A stretch of 63,368 bases of DNA, from positions 9,567 through 72,934 of the forward strand of contig JBHLQM010000007.1 of assembly GCA_048884785.1 (NCBI GenBank), written 5' to 3'. Shown here in pieces: positions 19,705-28,980 of this stretch (the stretch's first letter is position 1; the number at the start of each line of letters is the position of its first letter). A model generated the notes under the pieces. It did no database searches. It had not been told where the DNA came from and saw nothing but the letters and a program-made list of their open reading frames with translations. The DNA is from Candidatus Thorarchaeota archaeon. GTDB lineage: Archaea > Asgardarchaeota > Thorarchaeia > Thorarchaeales > Thorarchaeaceae. The translations under genes were made by a program, and so were the position numbers.

Positions 19705-20682
19705 ATGAGGATGTGCGCCAACTGTGGCAAATCCAATCTTCCCACAAGAAAGTTTTGTATCCGCTGCGGACGTTCTTTGCTGACTGATACGAAGGAAAAG
19801 AAACCTGTTGCAGCAAAAGTAGAGACAAAAGTCGATACAGCTAAAGCTGAAACTCCCGCAGCAAAAACAGCTGATGCCACCGACGATGGGGAAGATCGCT
19901 GGGTCAAGCCAAGTGAAGTTTCACGCGATAGGGTTAGAGCTGCAACCGGAGCAAAAAGGATGACAGAGCTTGAAAAGGCAAGGGCGGCATTTGCACAGGC
20001 GGAAGAGGTTGGGATTGAAGAGGGTGATACTGGCGTAGTAGTTACTAGGATGCTTAGAGCTAGCGAGGTCAAGGAATTGATGGAGGGTGTGACTGCCATG
20101 CATGGTTCAGAAGTCTCCGAGGATGATGAACCCATTGTAGGACCTCCACCTATTGCCGCTCCGAGTCCAAAGGATATTGAAGAGCAAATCCTTGGGAGTC
20201 ATTCTGCCTACGTAGAAAAGAAGCCTGAGCCAGAACCTATGGTACCGAGTGATGATGCGCGTGTTTCGGCTACACTCTCGAATGAGTTCTCTAGCTCTAG
20301 ATATGACGAAATAGAGGCGGAAACGATTTCCAAAGACGACGATAGCGAAACTGCAGTCTTCTCCGCCGTGAATAAACCTCCTGAAACACCCCCTCCAGCA
20401 ACTGCTCCTCTTACCTCAGAATCACTCGACTACGATGCGATAACTGCGTGCCCGAGTTGCGGAGAAATTGTGAATATTGATCAATTCGAATACCCCAGTG
20501 AGATATATAGCGCCATGGGGTCCGCGAGAATCAAGCAGGCTAGATTCTTTGTTGTTCAAGGGAAATATGAGCAGGCACAAAAGATTGTTCGAATTGCAAG
20601 GTCACTGTTCATGAAAGCAAATGATGAAGCAGGTTTGGCAGAGGTTGGTAAGTTAGTGGATTCTTTGGCAAGGAGAGGTTAG
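19705..20682 (+). CDS. Zinc-ribbon protein with acidic/Pro-rich linker and C-terminal helical hairpin
   Basis: N-terminal CANCG...FCIRCG, low-complexity linker, CPSCG, TPR-like C-terminus. Confidence 0.7.
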   Translation: MRMCANCGKSNLPTRKFCIRCGRSLLTDTKEKKPVAAKVETKVDTAKAETPAAKTADATDDGEDRWVKPSEVSRDRVRAATGAKRMTELEKARAAFAQAEEVGIEEGDTGVVVTRMLRASEVKELMEGVTAMHGSEVSEDDEPIVGPPPIAAPSPKDIEEQILGSHSAYVEKKPEPEPMVPSDDARVSATLSNEFSSSRYDEIEAETISKDDDSETAVFSAVNKPPETPPPATAPLTSESLDYDAITACPSCGEIVNIDQFEYPSEIYSAMGSARIKQARFFVVQGKYEQAQKIVRIARSLFMKANDEAGLAEVGKLVDSLARRG

Positions 20683-21470
20683 GATCTCAGCCAAAGGTCG
20701 AGAAATTTCTCACGTTCAGAGCTGAATCGTGATTGGTCGTTACACATCATCAGGAACTTTCCATCATAGCCTCGCTGTTTTAACTCTGCAAACATGGGTT
20801 CGAAATTAATGCTCCCTGTCCCAATCGGGAGGTGCTCATCGTATTTAGAGGCAATCTCCCGCATCTCACTAGTAGTCAATTGCCGCTCCTTTTTTATCTT
20901 CAAAACCTCATCAACCATTTTCTGACCATGGTTATCATGAACAATCACCATTCGAATTCGCTCAAAAAACGATTGAATATGGCCTAGAGCTCTATTATTG
21001 GTGGCCATGATTTGTCCATGTCCCAGGTCGAGAGCCATCATGATCCTCGGATGCGCATCACACAAGAGCATGAGTTCTGTGAAGTAGAGACCTAGTGTTT
21101 CAATGGCTATTGATACATTTGCCTCTCGCACAATGTCACATAGATTCGGTAGAGCCGATAGAAAGGCTTCAATCTCATTATCATCGTAGAACAATGAGGA
21201 TAATGTTGTATGAAATGTGACTAGGTCAGCTCCTATCTCTCGGCCTAAATCAATATACGGAATGATATCTTTTGCGAAGTTCATAGGTTCCCATGAGGGA
21301 TCGCTTGGAAGATGAAGTGTAAATGGAATACCTGCATCGTTCAGCATTCCTTTTGCGGCTCTGAAGTCGATACCATCATCTAGATCCATCCTGAGATCTA
21401 TAAAATCGGGCTCGAAGGACAAAGCTAATTCAATTTGCTTGTTATCCCGTGCGAAGGTACCGATTTCCAC
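20679..21470 (-). CDS. Sugar phosphate isomerase/epimerase (AP endonuclease family 2 TIM barrel)
   Basis: TLHLP, VTFH, AIET, LDLGH, HDNHG and HLPIGTGSI motifs. Confidence 0.8.
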   Translation of the reverse strand: MEIGTFARDNKQIELALSFEPDFIDLRMDLDDGIDFRAAKGMLNDAGIPFTLHLPSDPSWEPMNFAKDIIPYIDLGREIGADLVTFHTTLSSLFYDDNEIEAFLSALPNLCDIVREANVSIAIETLGLYFTELMLLCDAHPRIMMALDLGHGQIMATNNRALGHIQSFFERIRMVIVHDNHGQKMVDEVLKIKKERQLTTSEMREIASKYDEHLPIGTGSINFEPMFAELKQRGYDGKFLMMCNDQSRFSSEREKFLDLWLRS

Positions 21471-21610
21471 AATCTCAACCTGCCTGAAAGAAGATATCTG
21501 AGCCGTCTTTTGTCACTTTTGGTTCAACCTTTTGCACTCGCACAAGCGACGATAGTGTTATTAGAAGCACACGCAATCAATTCATCTACTGCAGTTGGAG
21601 CGTCGTACAT

Positions 21611-22147
21611 CTGACAGACCCGGTTGCTTATCTCTTCAAACTGGTTTTTCTTGGTGAGGGCGGAGTAGGCAAGACTAGTCTTGTGGGTCGATATGTCTAT
21701 GACTCTTTTGAAGGCGACTATCTTGCGACGATTGGTGCCGCGATGCACACGAAACCGGTGAAGGTAGAAGATACTCTCTGCAAGCTTGTAATTTGGGACA
21801 TAGCAGGGCAGGATGACTTTGCGCAGCTCAGGAAGGCGTACTATCAGAATTCAAGTGGAGCATTCTTCGTCTTTGATACAACACGCCCAGATACAATTGA
21901 GCGAATAGAGGAATGGATTGATGCACTCTATGCTGTTACCGGTGAAATACCGCTTGTTTGTCTTGAAAATAAAATTGATTTGAATTCTCAGATTGATAGA
22001 AAGAAACTTGATAGACTTCAGAAAAAACATGGATTCAAGCTGATTCAGACTAGCGCAAAGGAAGATACAAATGTTGAGGAAGCATTTCTACAAATGACAA
22101 GGGAAATCCTTGAGCGCTCACGAGCGAAGAAACGAACAATAGACTAA
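21611..22147 (+). CDS. Rab-like small GTPase (Ras superfamily), probable CTG start
   Basis: In frame upstream of the called GTG (21683) is YLFKLVFLGEGGVGKTS (P-loop). G2 TIG, G3 WDIAGQ, G4 NKID and G5 SAK are present. Confidence 0.9.
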   Translation: MTDPVAYLFKLVFLGEGGVGKTSLVGRYVYDSFEGDYLATIGAAMHTKPVKVEDTLCKLVIWDIAGQDDFAQLRKAYYQNSSGAFFVFDTTRPDTIERIEEWIDALYAVTGEIPLVCLENKIDLNSQIDRKKLDRLQKKHGFKLIQTSAKEDTNVEEAFLQMTREILERSRAKKRTID

Positions 22148-22174
22148 TCAACAAGTTTGAAGTTGGTATGCATC

Positions 22175-22702
22175 GTGTCCAGTAGAGAAGCTGACTTCGT
22201 ACATAAGTTCGTATTTCTAGGAGACTCGGGAGTAGGCAAGACTTCCTTGGTTGAAAGATTTGTATACGACAGCCTTAGCACTGATATGGCTAGGACCATT
22301 GGTGCAGTACTGCACGTCAAACGAGTGGAATATAAGGAAAGAGTTCACAAGCTCGTGATTTGGGATCTTGGGGGACAGGAGTCTTTTGCAGAGCTGAGAG
22401 AGCAATACTGCTCCAATGCTAGCGGCGCATTCTTTGTGTTTGATAGGACACGACCTAGCACATTTGATAGCATTGAGAACTGGCTACGGGCACTAAAGAC
22501 TGCAGCAGGCGACGTTCCTGTTGTCGTAGTTGAGAATAAAGTGGACTTGGAATCACGCATGGATGATGGTATGGTGCATAGCGTTATTGCCAAGCATGTC
22601 TTGAAGTATATTCAGACTAGTGCTACAGAAAATATCCATGTTGAACAAGCATTCACCGAGTTAGTGCGGGAGATTGATGACCGTCTGATAGATAGACGAT
22701 GA
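22175..22702 (+). CDS. Rab-like small GTPase, tandem paralog
   Basis: GDSGVGKTS, TIG, WDLGGQ, NKVD, SAT; GTG at 22175 (TTG at 22157 also possible). Confidence 0.92.
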   Translation: MSSREADFVHKFVFLGDSGVGKTSLVERFVYDSLSTDMARTIGAVLHVKRVEYKERVHKLVIWDLGGQESFAELREQYCSNASGAFFVFDRTRPSTFDSIENWLRALKTAAGDVPVVVVENKVDLESRMDDGMVHSVIAKHVLKYIQTSATENIHVEQAFTELVREIDDRLIDRR

Positions 22703-22707
22703 AATAT

Positions 22708-23403
22708 TCAATGTGGTCCGATGGAGTCGTCTCTCTTGTATGCCTTGCCTAGCTTCTGTTTCCTGCCAGTCTTGACGTAAATTGCCCGTTCGGCCATCTG
22801 AAATGCATGATCAGCTGCTCTCTCGAAATATCGGCCAACAATTACATAGAACATCGACATCCTTTCAATGCCCTCTTGTTTCCGGAGATATTCGCTAATC
22901 TCTTGAAACATCTCTTCGGTTTCTTTGTCACTTTCAGCTTCAAGACGTTCCAAGTCGTTTATGCCGGATAAGTCCTCATCAAGGATGGCTATACTAGCGA
23001 TTACTAGAGTCTGTCGAGCCAAATCAGCCAGATGGGGAAGCGAAATCAGCTCTTTGTAATGTTGTTCTCCTTCACAAAGACGGGCAATGTGAGCAATCTT
23101 GTAGGCATATCTTCCAACACGGTAAAGATGGTGACAAACTTGGAGGTAGGTTGCGAGCCTACGAAGGTCTTTGGCAACCGGCTGTCGGCGAGCAATAGTT
23201 TCGAACACGTCTCGTTCAATCTTATCCGATAATTCTTCAATCTTGAATGACCTCTCTTTCACCTGCGATGCCTTTACCTGATCCAACTCTTGGAAGGCTA
23301 CCATCGATTCCATTAGTAGACCGATTGACATATCGAAAAGAATTCGTGTGCTTGACTTAATGTCCTCAAGATAGTGTTCTAGTTGTTTCCTGGTGCCGCT
23401 CAT
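22708..23403 (-). CDS. phoU: Phosphate signalling protein PhoU
   Basis: RRQPVAKDLR and YFERAADHA motifs; last gene of the pst operon. Confidence 0.92.
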   Translation of the reverse strand: MSGTRKQLEHYLEDIKSSTRILFDMSIGLLMESMVAFQELDQVKASQVKERSFKIEELSDKIERDVFETIARRQPVAKDLRRLATYLQVCHHLYRVGRYAYKIAHIARLCEGEQHYKELISLPHLADLARQTLVIASIAILDEDLSGINDLERLEAESDKETEEMFQEISEYLRKQEGIERMSMFYVIVGRYFERAADHAFQMAERAIYVKTGRKQKLGKAYKRDDSIGPH

Positions 23404-24171
23404 TTATCCAATCCTCCCTGTGATAAACGCCTCTGTTCTCTCATCCGCCGGTGCCTCTGCAATTGTGCTGGTTTTATCGAACTCAACAAGTTCTCCAAGG
23501 TAAAGAAATGCAGCTTGGTCTGAAACTCTGAACGCCTGCTGAACATTATGGGTAACCATGATAATAGTATAATCCTTCTTGAGTTCAACAACCAAATCTT
23601 CAATCTTGCCTGCACTTATAGGGTCTAGAGCCGATACGGGCTCATCCATAAGGAGCACAGGAGGATCCACAGATAACGCACGAGCAATACACAATCTCTG
23701 CTGCTGGCCGCCTGAGAGATTCGGAGCAGGCTGATCCAAATCATCTTTTACCTCATCCCATAGAGCCGCTTTCTTCAGTGAAATCTCAACAAGCTTCTCT
23801 AGCTCCCCCTCATCTCTCAATCCGTGAAGACGCGGTCCATAGATAATGTTCTCTCTTACACTCATTGGAAACGGATTTGGCCGCTGAAAGACCATGCCAA
23901 TATTCTTTCGTAAATCGTATACACTCGATCCAGCTCCATATATGTCAGACCCCATAAAGAGGACTTCCCCCTCTCGTTTGAAGCTAGGCACCAAGTCGTT
24001 GAGTCGATTAATCGTTCGCAAAAGTGTTGATTTTCCGCATCCAGATGGTCCCATAATAGCAGTAATAGTATTGTCTTTGAAATAGCATGAAATGTTTTTG
24101 AGTATCTTTTTCCTTCCAAACCATGTGCTTAGATTCCGTACTTCTATATGGTATTGAAAATCCATATTCAA
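23404..24171 (-). CDS. pstB: Phosphate ABC transporter ATPase
   Basis: GPSGCGKS, VFQRPNPFPMS, LSGGQQQRLCIAR, DEPVSALDP. Confidence 0.95.
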   Translation of the reverse strand: MNMDFQYHIEVRNLSTWFGRKKILKNISCYFKDNTITAIMGPSGCGKSTLLRTINRLNDLVPSFKREGEVLFMGSDIYGAGSSVYDLRKNIGMVFQRPNPFPMSVRENIIYGPRLHGLRDEGELEKLVEISLKKAALWDEVKDDLDQPAPNLSGGQQQRLCIARALSVDPPVLLMDEPVSALDPISAGKIEDLVVELKKDYTIIMVTHNVQQAFRVSDQAAFLYLGELVEFDKTSTIAEAPADERTEAFITGRIG

Positions 24172-25085
24172 ACCAACCTCCTTGTGACTTTTCGAGATAT
24201 GATGTTTGCAATAATATCAACAACAAGGACCATTACCAAAAGCGTCAATGCAGCCCCATACGCTTTTACTTGGAGATATTCTCTTGGGTCACTAATGTAT
24301 GCCCATATCGTATATGGTAGAGATGCAACCCATGATCCTGAGCCCTGCAGCTCAGTGGGGACTCCCAAAGAATTTCCAGCCGTGAAAATGAGTGGTGCAG
24401 TCTCTCCCATTACTCTGCCAACAGCCAGCAAGACACCAGTTATGATCCCTGGGAATGCTGATCTAATAGTTACATTCCATGTTGTACTCCATTTTGTTGC
24501 GCCTAATGCAAGTGATGCTTCCCTCAAAGACATAGGTACAGCCTTCATTGCTTCCTGAGTGGTTCGCAGTATGGTCGGTATCATCATGAATGCAAGTGTT
24601 AGACTTCCGGCTAGAATACCCATGCCAAGATGTAGAAAATCGACTATGAAGGCAAAACCAAAGGCTCCAAAAACAATTGAAGGAATTCCAGCAAGTACAT
24701 CTGATGCGAACTCGACAATATTGCGTACAACTCCTGGTTGAGTGTATTCTGTGATATATACAGCGCCAAGAACACTGAGGGGAATTCCAACTAGACTAGC
24801 CAAAGTGATTAGCTCCACGGTTCCAACAAGAGCATTCCTAATTCCACCTTCGAGGCCAACACCCGGAAAGGTCCAGAGGAACGCAAAGCCCTGTGAAGGA
24901 CCTGTTCCAAAGAGTTGTGTAAATCCAACTGAAAGAAGCTGAAATAGAATCAAGAAGAACGGAGAAACAATTAGAATGATCGCTCCTCCTAAGAGCAGCT
25001 TAAAGATTAGATCCTTTATTTCTCTCCGAGATTTTCCCGATATGAATGACTTCATCCGATGAATAATGTTCTCTCCAGAAAGCAC
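24168..25085 (-). CDS. pstA: Phosphate ABC transporter permease
   Basis: LAGIPSIVFG, REASLALGATKW, GETAPL. Confidence 0.93.
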   Translation of the reverse strand: MLSGENIIHRMKSFISGKSRREIKDLIFKLLLGGAIILIVSPFFLILFQLLSVGFTQLFGTGPSQGFAFLWTFPGVGLEGGIRNALVGTVELITLASLVGIPLSVLGAVYITEYTQPGVVRNIVEFASDVLAGIPSIVFGAFGFAFIVDFLHLGMGILAGSLTLAFMMIPTILRTTQEAMKAVPMSLREASLALGATKWSTTWNVTIRSAFPGIITGVLLAVGRVMGETAPLIFTAGNSLGVPTELQGSGSWVASLPYTIWAYISDPREYLQVKAYGAALTLLVMVLVVDIIANIISRKVTRRLV

Positions 25086-25088
25086 CTT

Positions 25089-26117
25089 TCAAACAAGCCC
25101 CCTTGTCTTCATTCCCCATCGAATGAAGAGTTTTGCAGTGACTGTGAACATAATGGACATTAGCAATAGAAACAAACCCACAGCGAACAAGGCTGAACGC
25201 CAGAGGGGAAATACAAAGGCATACCCTAACTGGTTGGTAATAATGCTCGTCATCACATACGCGGGATCGAACAGAGTGTAAGGAATCTGAAGTGAGTTGC
25301 CTGTAACCATAAGAACAGCCATAGTTTCTCCAACTGCACGTCCTAGTGAAAGCACTATGGCTGCTCCAATACCAGGCAGTGCTGCAGATAAAACAACCTT
25401 TCTTGCAGTTTCACTCTGAGTTGCACCAAGTGCGTAGGAAGCTTCTCTCAGTGAACTGGGGACTGTCATTAAAGCATCATTTGAAATTGTCACCACTGTA
25501 GGCAGCAACATGATAGAAAGAATAATCCCTCCAGCAAGCAAGCTCAAGCCATTAGATTGAACTCCAAAGGCAGGTGCAACTGAATCACTAATCCAAGGGA
25601 CTAGGACTATATATGCCCATAAACCATAAACAATTGACGGAATTGCAGCCATCATCTCAATGACCATTTTAATTGGCTGTTTCAGCCGCATTGGACAAAA
25701 TTCGCTAAGGAATATAGCTCCACCTACTCCAAGTGGTATTGCAATACCAATGGCAATTGCCGTGCAAAACAGCGAGCCAACAATGAAGATTGCGATACCA
25801 TATAGATCTCTGTTTGGATCCCAGGTTGGATTTACTATAATGCCAGGTCCGCCCGCAGGATTCGTGAGAATTGGAATTGCTTCGTACCAAAGAAAAGCCA
25901 AGATTAGGATAATTATGATTGTACTGGCAGAAGCCGGCACCAAAAGACCAGCTTTTCCCATCATGTCTATTCGGCCAGGCTTATCAGAATCAATGAAATT
26001 CTCAATCGATTTGGAGATCTTGGTTGGTGCCAGCTTAATACTCTGAATAGCAATCTTTGCTCTACTATTCTGTTCACCATTGGCCTCCAATTCGTGTTCA
26101 TTGTTCAGAGATTCCAT
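25089..26117 (-). CDS. pstC: Phosphate ABC transporter permease
   Basis: AAIPSIVYGLW, REASYALGA, GRAVGETMAV. Confidence 0.93.
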   Translation of the reverse strand: MESLNNEHELEANGEQNSRAKIAIQSIKLAPTKISKSIENFIDSDKPGRIDMMGKAGLLVPASASTIIIILILAFLWYEAIPILTNPAGGPGIIVNPTWDPNRDLYGIAIFIVGSLFCTAIAIGIAIPLGVGGAIFLSEFCPMRLKQPIKMVIEMMAAIPSIVYGLWAYIVLVPWISDSVAPAFGVQSNGLSLLAGGIILSIMLLPTVVTISNDALMTVPSSLREASYALGATQSETARKVVLSAALPGIGAAIVLSLGRAVGETMAVLMVTGNSLQIPYTLFDPAYVMTSIITNQLGYAFVFPLWRSALFAVGLFLLLMSIMFTVTAKLFIRWGMKTRGLV

Positions 26118-26138
26118 CCTCCATTCGTCATTAGTACG

Positions 26139-27203
26139 CTATGAGCTAGGAGACATCTCAGCTATAATAGCAAGCGAATATGCTTGAGCTGAAGTCCCGT
26201 TTATCGGAACATAGCCAACAGCAGGTATATACCTTTGACCTTGGACAAGACACCAGGTCAGATATGTCAATGTGTACCATTGTAGGTTTTCTCTATTAAT
26301 GAGATAGAATAGCAACCGGGCAATCGGGTATGCACCTTCTAAGTTGGAGTTCATTAGATCCTCATTTGGTTCTGATAGTTCGGAAGGTATTGCACGAATT
26401 GAATTTTCGAGTGAAGGAGCTACCCACTCATCATTTCCAGAGTTATAGAGTTCAATGGCAACTAGCTCTTCAAGGAATGCCAAGCCAACATAGCCAATAC
26501 CATGATCATCGTTTCCAACACCTGAAGCCACTCCTGGGTTGCCATCAACTGCATTAATACCTGCAGGAAATGACAATGCTTCTTCGTGGCCCAGATGCCA
26601 CTCGAATTCAGCATTATTCATATTGGTATTCTCATCCGCTGTTTCTAGCCAACGAGCGAATGTTGAAGTTGTCCCACTAGCATCAGACCGAACATATACA
26701 TTAATTGGACCTGTTTGCTGAATGCTAACACCGAATGTAGTTTCAAATGACTCCCAGGTAGTTACATTTCTCTGAAAGATAGATACAACCATGTCACAAT
26801 CCATTCTCAATACGCTACCATTCACAAATGGATTTGCCACTACTCCCAAAGCATCTGCAGATATTGGTAGAATTTCCACATTTGGATTGTCATTAACATA
26901 CTCCTGGTTAGGATAGGTACTTGATGCTCCAACATCTATGAGACCTTCTGCAACTAGAGACAGACCAAGGCCTGAACCTCCAGTACTGGGATTGACTGTC
27001 AAACCAGGTTGGTCTCTATGGAAGTATTCAGCCCAATCCTGAGAGAGAGGATACACAGTAGTCGACCCTGCAGTCGTAATTGTTGCGCTTCTAGCATCAT
27101 TTGGAGGAGGACTTATGAAAACAAGACCTCCAGCACCAAGAATAATTCCAATGAAGAGCCCAGCGATGAGCCCACGTTTTTGTTTTAATATCGATGATGC
27201 CAT
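26139..27203 (-). CDS. pstS: Phosphate ABC transporter substrate-binding protein
   Basis: N-terminal TM anchor, AGSTTVYP, GGSGLG, RSDASGTT, AYPIAR. Confidence 0.92.
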   Translation of the reverse strand: MASSILKQKRGLIAGLFIGIILGAGGLVFISPPPNDARSATITTAGSTTVYPLSQDWAEYFHRDQPGLTVNPSTGGSGLGLSLVAEGLIDVGASSTYPNQEYVNDNPNVEILPISADALGVVANPFVNGSVLRMDCDMVVSIFQRNVTTWESFETTFGVSIQQTGPINVYVRSDASGTTSTFARWLETADENTNMNNAEFEWHLGHEEALSFPAGINAVDGNPGVASGVGNDDHGIGYVGLAFLEELVAIELYNSGNDEWVAPSLENSIRAIPSELSEPNEDLMNSNLEGAYPIARLLFYLINRENLQWYTLTYLTWCLVQGQRYIPAVGYVPINGTSAQAYSLAIIAEMSPSS

Positions 27204-27223
27204 GACGATATCCTCGAGTGTTA

Positions 27224-27309
27224 GCTATGCTTCCCATATGGTATATCGAATTAAGCTAATCGCTATGCTCAGAAAAAATCAGAATTACTGCCATGGCAAG
27301 TATATATAA
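27224..27309. promoter_or_regulatory. Divergent pstS / Na-Pi promoter region
   Basis: TATATATAA (27301-27309) about 27 nt before ATG 27336; palindrome TGCCATGGCA (27289-27298); direct repeat GCTATGCT at 27224 and 27262. Confidence 0.45.
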
Positions 27310-27335
27310 GAAGGGCCTGAAATTCTGCGCTCGCA

Positions 27336-28952
27336 ATGGTAAGCGTAATTGAGAATCTGATCATTGTTGTTGGTGGCCTTGCGCTTTTTATGTTCTCCAT
27401 TAATATGCTTCGTGAAACACTTGGAAAGCTATCAGGAGCTAGAGTTGTCAGAATTCTCGAAAAGGTCAGCAACGACCCAATTAGAGGAATAGGTGCAGGG
27501 ACCGCAGCCACATTTATGACTCAGAGTTCCAGTATCACAGTACTTACGCTGATAGGATTCGTAAATGCAGGAATGATGACATTCAGGCAATCAGTTAATG
27601 TCATGTTGGGCTCGGAAATAGGCACAACAATTACGGCTCAGATTGTATCCTTCGATATTGGATTCTTGTATTGGCCACTGCTAGCTTTCGGTTTCTTTGG
27701 GATGATGCTAGCGCCGCGCGAACCATGGAAAAATGTCTTTCGAGTGATATTCTGTCTTGGGCTAATATTCTTGGCAATGGAATTCATGAAGGATGGAGCC
27801 AAGGCCATTCTGAATGACCCCGAGAATACGTTCTTTGTTGATGCTATCTCAGAATATAGTGCTATACCATTGGGTGGCATCTTGATTGGCACAGCTATTG
27901 CCGGGACAACACAAAGCAGCTCTGCAACTACAAGTCTCGTCATTGCTCTGGGAAGTGCAGGACTTATTGGACTCCCAATGGGAATCGCTTTGGTGATGGG
28001 TGCAAACATAGGAACTTGCTTTCTTGAGCTTATCGCTGGAATTGGAGCAACAACTCCTGCGAAACGAACAGCCATAGCTCAGGCTATGATCAACGTCACT
28101 GGAGTGGCAGTTTTTTACCCATTCATAGGAATCTTTTCAGATGTGATTGCACTTACGGCAACTGACCTACCAAGGCAAATTGCAAATGCACACACGATTT
28201 TCAATGTCTTTGTCAGCCTAATGTTCATTCCGCTTGTTGGTCTACTAGTTAGATTCTGTGAGAGGCTAATACCTGATAAGGAGGGCGAGATTATTGGTCG
28301 CCATTTCTTTGATGATCAGATGCTAAACATGCCGCAAGTCGCAATTAGAGAGGCTGAGCGTGAAATCTATAGGATTGCAGAAACAACCTATGATATGATC
28401 CTTCTTGGTGAAAAAGCACTGCTGGATAAGAACCTCGATGAAGCACGAAGAATTATGCAGCTTGAGGAAGATGTGGATGAAAGATGTAGGTCTACCGAAT
28501 TATTCATCGACAAGATTCGAGAAGAGGAATTAAGCGAGAAGGATATCATCTGGAGAATGAAGCTTCTTGCAATGCTTACTGATATAGAGCGTGTAGGAGA
28601 CCTCTGCGAGAACATCGGAGAATTTGCACTAGAACGAATGCGAAATGGGATTACATTCTCTGACCAAGGTTCTCGTGATATTAGAGAGATGTTCCATCTT
28701 GTTTCAGAAACATACAAGAAATCCATTCGAGCACTAGAAACAAGAAACAAAGCAATAGCAAAAGATGCCGAAGAACTAGAAGATGAAGTTGATTTGATGG
28801 AGAGAGAGCTTCGCGAGGCTCATACTAGGCGGCTAGCAGAAGGGATATGTCACCCTGAAGCAGATACCGTATTTATTGAAACGCTGCGTAGCCTTGAAAG
28901 AATCAGTGATCATGCTGACAACATCGCGTTAGATATCATCATGGATCGCTAG
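27336..28952 (+). CDS. Na+/Pi cotransporter family protein with C-terminal PhoU domains
   Basis: Two QSSS repeats (TQSSSIT, TQSSSAT), GSEIGT/GANIGT, ANAHTIFN; PhoU-like DIERVGD and LERISDHA. Confidence 0.92.
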   Translation: MVSVIENLIIVVGGLALFMFSINMLRETLGKLSGARVVRILEKVSNDPIRGIGAGTAATFMTQSSSITVLTLIGFVNAGMMTFRQSVNVMLGSEIGTTITAQIVSFDIGFLYWPLLAFGFFGMMLAPREPWKNVFRVIFCLGLIFLAMEFMKDGAKAILNDPENTFFVDAISEYSAIPLGGILIGTAIAGTTQSSSATTSLVIALGSAGLIGLPMGIALVMGANIGTCFLELIAGIGATTPAKRTAIAQAMINVTGVAVFYPFIGIFSDVIALTATDLPRQIANAHTIFNVFVSLMFIPLVGLLVRFCERLIPDKEGEIIGRHFFDDQMLNMPQVAIREAEREIYRIAETTYDMILLGEKALLDKNLDEARRIMQLEEDVDERCRSTELFIDKIREEELSEKDIIWRMKLLAMLTDIERVGDLCENIGEFALERMRNGITFSDQGSRDIREMFHLVSETYKKSIRALETRNKAIAKDAEELEDEVDLMERELREAHTRRLAEGICHPEADTVFIETLRSLERISDHADNIALDIIMDR

Positions 28953-28980
28953 GCTAAACTTATGACGTCATATTGAAACC

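Noticed and set aside
19605-20135. Long antisense ORFs (e.g. 19605-20135, 43116-43607, 51967-52425, 59720-60049)
   Set aside because: They lie wholly or partly opposite well-supported genes and show no motifs; treated as shadow ORFs.
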